Of a stretch of DNA of 64,000 bases, positions 57,167 through 64,000 are shown piece by piece (position 1 is the first letter of the stretch; the number at the start of each line of letters is the position of its first letter). The translations under genes were made by a program, and so were the position numbers. This DNA is from Eubacteriales bacterium. Lineage in GTDB: Bacteria > Bacillota > Clostridia > Oscillospirales > CAG-272. Location: contig JAZPYO010000034.1 in assembly GCA_045544195.1 (NCBI GenBank), forward strand, positions 146,881 through 210,880, given 5' to 3'. Below the pieces are notes generated by a model that did no database searches, had not been told where the DNA came from, and was given only the letters and a program-made list of their open reading frames with translations.

Positions 57167-57519
57167 TTTTCACCCTTAAAGGATATAAATCTGTAGCTGT
57201 GGAGAATCTGAAAAAACCTGCTGAGTCTATCGTAAAGAGGCTCAGCCTTTTCTCCAAAATGCTCCTTTACAGCAATTCCTATTGCGGTTATATCAGCTCT
57301 GCCGTCAATGCACTGCCATACGAAGCTTCCAAACTCGTCCAAATGAACATAACTTGTCTTCGGCCTTTTGAATAGCACTTGCGCAATACGGTTAAACAAA
57401 CCTTTATTTTCTATACTCAAGGTAACTATTCCATTTTCATCGGCCTCAAATGCCAGTAACGGCGAGCGCACAGGGATCTTTTCAAGATAGTTATCGTGTG
57501 TTTTTTTATTCTTCGTCAT
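57163..57519 (-). CDS. PqqD-family (RRE-like) small protein
   Basis: I prefer the ATG at 57519 (MTKNKKTHDN). VHLDEFGSFVWQCIDGRADITAIGIAVKEHFG fits the PqqD pattern (l.ln..g..iW.liDG..t..eI). It overlaps the OPT gene's end by 14 nt. Confidence 0.55.
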   Translation of the reverse strand: MTKNKKTHDNYLEKIPVRSPLLAFEADENGIVTLSIENKGLFNRIAQVLFKRPKTSYVHLDEFGSFVWQCIDGRADITAIGIAVKEHFGEKAEPLYDRLSRFFQILHSYRFISFKGEK

Positions 57520-59431
57520 CACTGTTTGTACGCTTTTTCCAAAGTGAGAAAGCCAAAACGCAAAGCACGATGCCTGCGAATACAACGAGGCTAAGAATAT
57601 TACCGACAGCGGTAGGAACTTTTATAAAGCCCGAAAGGTCGATCGCCTTGTCTATTCCGATTATAGCAAACAATGCAAGCAAAATACCGACAAGTCCTTC
57701 GCCTGCGATCATACCTGAGCAGAAAAGTATACCGTCATTTACTATCGCCTTTTTCTGCGACTCTTTTCTCTTGAGCTTATCCATAGCAAGTCTGACAAGT
57801 CCGCCTACCATAATGCAAGCATTAAGGTGAACGGGCAGATAAATGCCTATCGCGAACGGCAATACAGGTATTCCGAGTATTTCAGCCGTTACGCCAAGGA
57901 ACACGCCTATTATAACGAGTCCCCAAGGCAGATTGCCTTCCATAACTCCCTCTACGATCATCTTCATAAGCGTTGCCTGGGGAGCAGCGAGCTGCTTTGA
58001 ACCGAAGCCCCAAGCAGAATCAAGAAGATACAGTGTGCCGCCGATAGCCAAAGCTGAAGCGACAACGCCGATTATCTCGCCGTATTGCTGTTTTTTCGGT
58101 GTTGCGCCAAGCAAATAGCCTGTCTTAAGGTCTTGCGATGTGTCGCCGGAAATAGCGGCTACAATACAAATTATAGAGCCTATTGCAATTGCGCTCTGCA
58201 TACCCGTAGCACCGACTGTGCCTGTAAATTTCAAGATAAGAGTTGAAACGAGCAGGGTAGCTATTGCCATACCTGAAACAGGGTTATTACTGCTTCCTAC
58301 AAGACCTACCATACGGGATGATACCGTTGCAAAGAAGAAACCGAATATTACAACTATAACAGCGCCTATAAGCGACACGGGTATTGCAGGAACAAGCCAT
58401 ACTGCAAGCGTAAGAATAAGAATAGCTATAAGAACTATCTTTATGTTTATATCCTGCTCAGTGCGCAGATTACCTGCGCTGACTCCGCTTCCCTTAACGC
58501 CTTTGATCGCGCCGACAAACGTGCGAACGATGAGGGGCAATGACTTTACAAGGCTGATTATACCGCCTGCTGCCAACGCGCCTGCGCCTATATAGCGTAC
58601 ATAGTTGCTCCATATCGCGCTTGCGCCGCCATTGGAAAAAAGCTCAGATATCGGCACATCGCTCGGATACATTACCATATCTCCACCGAACAGTACGATA
58701 AGAGGAATAATTACAAGCCAGCTGAGGACGCCGCCCGAAAACATATATGATGAAATTTTCGGACCGCAAATGTATCCTACGCTCATTACAGCAGGATATA
58801 TCTGTGTACCGATAGCACCTGAAAAGCCCTTAACGGTAAATGTGATCTCACCTGCAACGAGCTTAAGTCCGTCAATTATAAACTTGAACAGTGCGGAAAT
58901 ACCCATGCCCGCAAACACGGTAGACGCATTCGCTCCGCCCTTTTCACCTGCAAGCAAAACCTCACTGCATGCCGTTCCCTCAGGATACGGTAAAACGCCG
59001 TGCTCTTTTACGATCAAAGCATTTCTTAAGGGAACCATAAAGAATACGCCGAGAAGTCCGCCTATAACGGCTATCAAGGTGATCTCTATGACATCGGGCT
59101 TTTCCATTACCCCGTCCTTCGCCCACAAAAACAATGCAGGCAATGTAAAGATCGCACCGGCGGCAACAGATTCACCCGCAGAGCCTATCGTTTGTACGAT
59201 ATTACTTTCGAGAATCGAGTTTTTACGCATCAAAACTCTTATCACGCCCATTGAAATAACAGCCGCGGGAATAGATGCCGACACAGTCATACCGACGCGC
59301 AAACCGAGATATGCATTAGCCGCGCCGAAGATGACCGCGAGAAAAATACCCATAATAACAGATGTTACCGTTATTTCCGGAGTGATCCTCTCAGCAGGTA
59401 TATACGGTTTAAAATTTTTGTTATCTTCCAT
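57506..59431 (-). CDS. OPT-family oligopeptide transporter
   Basis: 641 aa with about 16 hydrophobic segments. The N-terminus (FKPYIPAERITPEITVTSVIMGI) is typical of bacterial OPT proteins. Confidence 0.8.
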   Translation of the reverse strand: MEDNKNFKPYIPAERITPEITVTSVIMGIFLAVIFGAANAYLGLRVGMTVSASIPAAVISMGVIRVLMRKNSILESNIVQTIGSAGESVAAGAIFTLPALFLWAKDGVMEKPDVIEITLIAVIGGLLGVFFMVPLRNALIVKEHGVLPYPEGTACSEVLLAGEKGGANASTVFAGMGISALFKFIIDGLKLVAGEITFTVKGFSGAIGTQIYPAVMSVGYICGPKISSYMFSGGVLSWLVIIPLIVLFGGDMVMYPSDVPISELFSNGGASAIWSNYVRYIGAGALAAGGIISLVKSLPLIVRTFVGAIKGVKGSGVSAGNLRTEQDINIKIVLIAILILTLAVWLVPAIPVSLIGAVIVVIFGFFFATVSSRMVGLVGSSNNPVSGMAIATLLVSTLILKFTGTVGATGMQSAIAIGSIICIVAAISGDTSQDLKTGYLLGATPKKQQYGEIIGVVASALAIGGTLYLLDSAWGFGSKQLAAPQATLMKMIVEGVMEGNLPWGLVIIGVFLGVTAEILGIPVLPFAIGIYLPVHLNACIMVGGLVRLAMDKLKRKESQKKAIVNDGILFCSGMIAGEGLVGILLALFAIIGIDKAIDLSGFIKVPTAVGNILSLVVFAGIVLCVLAFSLWKKRTNSDDEE

Positions 59432-59457
59432 TTATATTTTTTTACCTTTCAAATTTA

Positions 59458-62127
59458 TTACACCTTATAAAAGAAGGTGTATTTACCCGATCCTACGGCA
59501 AAGCCCTTCGGATGCTGAGAAACCTTAACACCGTTTGTCACAAGCGTTGTTTTTTCGGTATCAAGAACTATATATGCCTTTGTATTTACAGGCACTGTAA
59601 CATCAAGAACATAACCGTCGTCTATCTGAGTCCAGGATGATACGATAGTGCCGCTTATGCTTTCGTACTTGACATCAGCATAAGTCAATCTGTTATTAAA
59701 ATACGGTTTTACGAAAAACTCCTTAAAGCCTGGCTTTGCGGGCTTGATACCTCCCATATACGAGTACATCCATTCAACGACAGAGCCCAAGGAATAGTGG
59801 TTAAAGGAGTTCATTCCTGCATCGCCGAAGCCGTTTTCCTTCGTGTACGAATTCCATCTTTCCCAGATCGTAGTAGCGCCGTTCTTTATAGAATATCCCC
59901 ATGAAGGATACGTATCGTTAAGCAACAGTCTGTATGCAATATCACTGTATCCGAATTCACAAAGCATAGGCAAAAGATACGATACGCCGACAAATCCCGT
60001 AGAAAGATGATAATTCTTTCTTTCGATCGTGCGGACGAGGTGCTTTGCGGCGCGTGCGCGCAGATTTTCGGGAAGCAGCTTCATTTTAAGAGCCAGAAGA
60101 TAACAGCATTGTGTATCACCCTTGATTATGCCGTCATCGTCCATATACTCCTCACGCCATGCAGTGCTTATCTGCTCAAACATACCTGCATAATACTTTC
60201 TTTCATATTCCTTTTCGAGAATAGCGGATATTTTGAACATTATATAAGCGTCATATGCAAAATAAGCCGTTGCAAGAACATCCTTCGGTGTATCATCGTC
60301 GATCGAAAGCCAGTCGCCGTATCCGAATTCGGGGCGGAGCAGGTTATTTGTCGAGCCAAGCAAGCATTTGAAATAGCTTTCCATAGCATCGTAGTACTTA
60401 TAAAGAATATTCTCATCGCCGTACATCTGGTATACGGTATAGGGCATAACGAACATAACATCGCCCCAAGCGGCATTCGTATTGCCCACAAGATCGTTTC
60501 CGACGCCCTTATCGAATTTTACGTGAGGAACAACGTCTGTAACGGCACCGTTGGGCTTTTGTGATTCAACGATATCCTCACCGTATTTATCATAAAAGCC
60601 GTAGCAATCCATATTGTAGCACGCACTGCGGCAGAATACCTGTGCATCGCCCGTCCAGCCCATACGCTCATCACGTTGAGGACAGTCGGTGGGAACACCT
60701 ACAAAGTTGCCCATCTGACCCCAAAGAGCATTAGAAAACAGTTGATTTACCATAGGATCAGAGGTCTTTATATATCCCGTTCTTTGACAAGCAGAATACA
60801 TCACGCAACCCGTTATATCCTCTGCCTTAGGCATATATGAAAGACCTGTTATCTCGATATATCTGAAGCCGTGGAATGTAAAATGAGGGCGGAAGATCTC
60901 GCCGTTTTCATCACCCTTGAGGATATACGTATCAGTCTGCAAAGCCGATCTCAGATTCGTTGTGTAAAGCGTTCCGTCGAGATTTAGCATTTCGCCGAAG
61001 CGGAATGTCAGCTTATCACCCGCATTTCCCTTTACCTTCACCTGTGCAACGCCGACCATATTCTGACCCATATCAACGATATATGAGCCGTTCTTATCCT
61101 CACTTACTCCGATTGCATCGATCGTCTTCATAACCTTGACCTGAGGGCCGACAGATGCCTTCAATCTTGTTCCGCTTACTCTTGGCGGATATACGTCTAT
61201 TACCGAGCACCAGTCAGAGTCGTCGTAGCCGCAATCACACCAGCCGTCCTTTTCAAGTCTTGCGTCGTAGTATTCGCCCGTCTGGTTATCTGTGTAAAGA
61301 ATAGCGCCCGTGCTTCCCTTCCAGCTTCCATCCGTTACGATAACGTCCTGAGAGCCGTCATCGTAAAATATGGTAAGGTTCATCATAAATCCGAGAGGAG
61401 CATCGCCGTACTGATTTCTTCCGACTATCGCTATATTTCCTGAAAACCATCCGTCACCGAGAATAGCACCGATAACGTTTTCGCCCTGCTTGATCTTATC
61501 TGTAAGATCATAATACTGATACTGGATACTCTTCGTATAATCCGTCCATTCGGGCGCAAGAGAATACGTTTCGTCCCTGTCGCCATTCACGTACAGCTCA
61601 TACACACCGTATGCAGTAGCAAATGCCTTTGCGGCAACAACTGTCTTTGATACGTTGAAGGTGCAACGCAGATAAGGACAGGGATAGCCTACCTTATCCT
61701 GCTCAGGACACTCGAATTTCGGAGTTTTCTCAACGGGAATACCTACAAATGTGCAACGCCATTCAGACGGCAGAAGCAAGCCCGTTGTAAACATTCCGAC
61801 CTTACTCATCATTTTTTTTTCGCCGACTACGGCAAAAACTCTGAAATAGTAGGTCGTTTTTGACTGAAGCTCCTCACCGTCGTAGTATATGGTGGATATT
61901 TCATCGTCGTAGACGATTCCTGTATCCCACATATCACCGTCACGCTGCATGAGCTTTTCGCGTGAGGAAGAAACGATTATCTTCCAGCATTTGACCGTAG
62001 CATTGTACTCATCGCCTTCAATTGCAAATGAAAACGTAGGAGTTTCAGTGTCTATACAAAACGGCTGTGCTTTATAGGAAGCTTCATCGCAGAGCATATG
62101 CTCACACATAATTTTGCTGATCTTCAT
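59458..62127 (-). CDS. alpha-L-rhamnosidase (GH78)
   Basis: I prefer the ATG at 62127 (MKISKIMCEH, AAGGA RBS). The hallmark motif PTDCPQRDERMGWTGDAQVF is present. No signal peptide. Confidence 0.85.
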   Translation of the reverse strand: MKISKIMCEHMLCDEASYKAQPFCIDTETPTFSFAIEGDEYNATVKCWKIIVSSSREKLMQRDGDMWDTGIVYDDEISTIYYDGEELQSKTTYYFRVFAVVGEKKMMSKVGMFTTGLLLPSEWRCTFVGIPVEKTPKFECPEQDKVGYPCPYLRCTFNVSKTVVAAKAFATAYGVYELYVNGDRDETYSLAPEWTDYTKSIQYQYYDLTDKIKQGENVIGAILGDGWFSGNIAIVGRNQYGDAPLGFMMNLTIFYDDGSQDVIVTDGSWKGSTGAILYTDNQTGEYYDARLEKDGWCDCGYDDSDWCSVIDVYPPRVSGTRLKASVGPQVKVMKTIDAIGVSEDKNGSYIVDMGQNMVGVAQVKVKGNAGDKLTFRFGEMLNLDGTLYTTNLRSALQTDTYILKGDENGEIFRPHFTFHGFRYIEITGLSYMPKAEDITGCVMYSACQRTGYIKTSDPMVNQLFSNALWGQMGNFVGVPTDCPQRDERMGWTGDAQVFCRSACYNMDCYGFYDKYGEDIVESQKPNGAVTDVVPHVKFDKGVGNDLVGNTNAAWGDVMFVMPYTVYQMYGDENILYKYYDAMESYFKCLLGSTNNLLRPEFGYGDWLSIDDDTPKDVLATAYFAYDAYIMFKISAILEKEYERKYYAGMFEQISTAWREEYMDDDGIIKGDTQCCYLLALKMKLLPENLRARAAKHLVRTIERKNYHLSTGFVGVSYLLPMLCEFGYSDIAYRLLLNDTYPSWGYSIKNGATTIWERWNSYTKENGFGDAGMNSFNHYSLGSVVEWMYSYMGGIKPAKPGFKEFFVKPYFNNRLTYADVKYESISGTIVSSWTQIDDGYVLDVTVPVNTKAYIVLDTEKTTLVTNGVKVSQHPKGFAVGSGKYTFFYKV

Positions 62128-62263
62128 ATTAACAATTCCTTTCATGACCGTATTTTTCAGCGGTCTGTATTACGTGCTTACAAGTAAGCATAAAACACCG
62201 AAATACAGTGTACCATTAAATTATTAATTATATTAAAACATACTGTTAAATAGACTTGCATTA

Positions 62264-62300
62264 ATAGAAAAATCTCCCGAATTTTTCGCTCGGGAGATCG
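62264..62300. terminator. terminator hairpin downstream of upp
   Basis: TCTCCCGA (62269-62276) pairs with TCGGGAGA (62286-62293), flanked by an A-run and a T-run. Confidence 0.7.
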
Positions 62301-62314
62301 TTTTTAGCTTTTTA

Positions 62315-62944
62315 TTATTTTGTGCCGAAAATTCTGTCGCCTGCGTCGCCGAGACCCGGCACGATATATGCGTTTTCGTTCAGCTTTTCGTCAATGCATC
62401 CTATATAAAGGTCGATATCGGGATGAGCACTTGTCAGAGCCTTAACTCCTTCGGGAGCGGCTATCATACACATAAACTTAATTGCCGTACAGCCCTTCTC
62501 CTTGATAAGTCTGACAGCCTCAATAGCAGAGCCGCCCGTTGCAAGCATAGGGTCGAGAACGAATACAGAACGCTGGTCTATACATTCAGGGAGCTTGCAG
62601 TAATATCCGTGAGGCAATCTTGTCTGTTCATCACGGTAAAGTCCTATATGACCTACCTTCGCTGTGGGGACAAGACTTAAAATGCCGTCAACCATACCGA
62701 GTCCTGCTCTGAGAATAGGAACTATGGCGATCTTCTTTCCCGCTATCGTCGGAGCCATAGTCGTGCAAATAGGTGTTTTTACCTCGACCATCGCCGTAGG
62801 AAGATCACGGAATGCCTCGTATCCCATGAGCGTAGCAATTTCCTTTGTCAGATTTCTAAATTCCATCGTTCCCGTGTTTTCATCACGGAGCTTCGTCAAT
62901 TTGTGCTGAATGAGAGGGTGGTCGCAAACATAGATCTTTCCCAT
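62315..62944 (-). CDS. upp: uracil phosphoribosyltransferase
   Basis: 209 aa. HPLIQHKLT start and the PRPP motif [11 protein letters not shown]. Confidence 0.95.
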   Translation of the reverse strand: MGKIYVCDHPLIQHKLTKLRDENTGTMEFRNLTKEIATLMGYEAFRDLPTAMVEVKTPICTTMAPTIAGKKIAIVPILRAGLGMVDGILSLVPTAKVGHIGLYRDEQTRLPHGYYCKLPECIDQRSVFVLDPMLATGGSAIEAVRLIKEKGCTAIKFMCMIAAPEGVKALTSAHPDIDLYIGCIDEKLNENAYIVPGLGDAGDRIFGTK

Positions 62945-63091
62945 ACTATCACCGTTCCTTTGATTTTTATTATATTAAAATTTAACTTTCGATATTTTAC
63001 CACAATATTTTTGTTTTTTCAACCCCATATATGAAATAAAACGATTTTTTTTGGAATAATAATCAAAAAGACACTGTTAGGAGAAGAAAAA

Positions 63092-63760
63092 ATGACCGTA
63101 ATGTTTATACGATCGTTTATTACGTATGCTTTATTGCTGCTTGTTCTCAGATTGATGGGCAAAAGACAGATAGGTGAGCTGCAGCCTTCAGAGTTGGTTA
63201 CAACGCTTTTACTTTCGGAGATCGCATCGCAGCCTATCACAGATGACAATATACCGCTTGTATACGGCATAGCTCCCGCAGTTGCTGTTCTTGCCTTTGA
63301 AGTGATCCTGTCATTTGCAATAACGAAAAACAAAACCCTCAAAAAAATGATGACGGGAAAAATCAGCATTCTCATAGAAAAGGGCGTATTGAACGTTGAA
63401 GAAATGAAAAAAACTCGTTTATCACTCGAAGAGCTTTCTTCAGAGCTGAGACTTAAGGGCGTTTCGGATATCTCCACCGTTCAGTATGCCGTGCTTGAGA
63501 AAAACGGCAAGCTGTCGGTTATTTTAAAGTCCGATGCACAAAACGTCACAAACGGTTCTGCCGGCATCACTCTTTCGGAAAAAGGATTCAATCACGCATT
63601 AATTGTGGACGGTCAGATAGATGAAGAAAATATGAAATACGCAAAAAAAGACGAAAAATATATCCTGAAGAAGCTAAAGGAGCAAAATATCTCATCAGTA
63701 AGTGATACGATGCTGATGACATGCAACGACAGCGATGAGGTATATATCATAAAAAAATAA
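63092..63760 (+). CDS. DUF421 (YetF-like) membrane protein
   Basis: 222 aa. The N-terminal TM region LLLLVLRLMGKRQIGELQPSELV is typical of the family. Confidence 0.75.
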   Translation: MTVMFIRSFITYALLLLVLRLMGKRQIGELQPSELVTTLLLSEIASQPITDDNIPLVYGIAPAVAVLAFEVILSFAITKNKTLKKMMTGKISILIEKGVLNVEEMKKTRLSLEELSSELRLKGVSDISTVQYAVLEKNGKLSVILKSDAQNVTNGSAGITLSEKGFNHALIVDGQIDEENMKYAKKDEKYILKKLKEQNISSVSDTMLMTCNDSDEVYIIKK

Positions 63761-63769
63761 GGAATATAT

Positions 63770-64000
63770 ATGAGATCTGTAATTATATCAATACTGCTAT
63801 TGCTGCTCGTTACGCTTATGATCACAATTGCAGGTGTATACACAAACAGCATAACAGAAAAAATAGTAAATATTTCCGAGGAAATATCCGTTACATCCGC
63901 CCGCGAGGAAAACGAAGCAAAAATAAAAGAGATAAAGGATGTTTGGAATAAAGCTGACAGTATACTTATGTGTCTGTATGACTTCAGAGAGATAGATGCA
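63770..64000 (+). CDS. small membrane-anchored protein (DUF4363-like), 3' end beyond the window
   Basis: Open frame from ATG 63770: MRSVIISILLLLLVTLMITIAGVY... The usual partner of DUF421 genes sits in this position. It is open-ended and so absent from the ORF track. Confidence 0.5.
   Translation, partial: MRSVIISILLLLLVTLMITIAGVYTNSITEKIVNISEEISVTSAREENEAKIKEIKDVWNKADSILMCLYDFREIDA

Noticed and set aside
58605-59528. 307-aa plus-strand ORF, plus 58140..58595 and 57843..58118
   Set aside because: These ORFs are antisense to the OPT transporter gene. Their low-complexity P/A/T/I-rich translations are typical of shadow frames opposite a hydrophobic membrane-protein gene. The minus-strand frame has the clear family features.

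Overview
This 64-kb window looks chromosomal and comes from a moderate/low-GC Firmicute. It is probably a Ruminococcus-like member of the Clostridia, inferred from the dockerin modules, the ECF transporter layout and the Cheo-type SOS boxes. Most of it is housekeeping: uvrB-uvrA, argS, a YebC-family regulator, rlmD, ruvC-ruvA-ruvB, ecfA1-ecfA2-ecfT-truA, a ClpE-like AAA+ unfoldase, Nif3/rqcH, two cyclophilins and upp. A TPP riboswitch controls thiT. Seven things stand out. (1) Positions 1-8709 hold a divergent cluster of four large secreted peptidoglycan hydrolases: two Amidase_3 paralogs and two GH73-like glucosaminidase paralogs. All three C-termini visible in the window end in dockerin modules, and the four proteins share non-catalytic GW...RxDV modules. 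(2) Two intergenic hairpin arrays (about 17.5 kb and 29.9 kb) are unrelated in sequence but identical in architecture. Each alternates a constant 8-9-mer with variable short stem-loops and is arranged as a large inverted repeat. The second array is fused to the 3' end of rlmD. (3) Positions 25.2-29.8 kb are an AT-rich mini-island encoding a Zn-ribbon PP-loop amidotransferase-like protein, a flavodoxin/2x[4Fe-4S] protein, a membrane O-acyltransferase, tiny ORFs and a RimK-type ATP-grasp ligase. (4) A 77-aa protein of unknown function sits behind a textbook promoter carrying a perfect LexA/Cheo box and a near-perfect one. (5) An 899-aa P-type ATPase homolog has lost the phospho-acceptor Asp and other catalytic motifs. 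(6) A stand-alone HIRAN protein overlaps the uvrA stop. (7) GH78 rhamnosidase, OPT transporter and PqqD-like genes form one co-directional run. I found no rRNA or tRNA genes, CRISPR arrays, transposases or prophage structural genes. All functional calls come from motif recognition by eye, with no database search.
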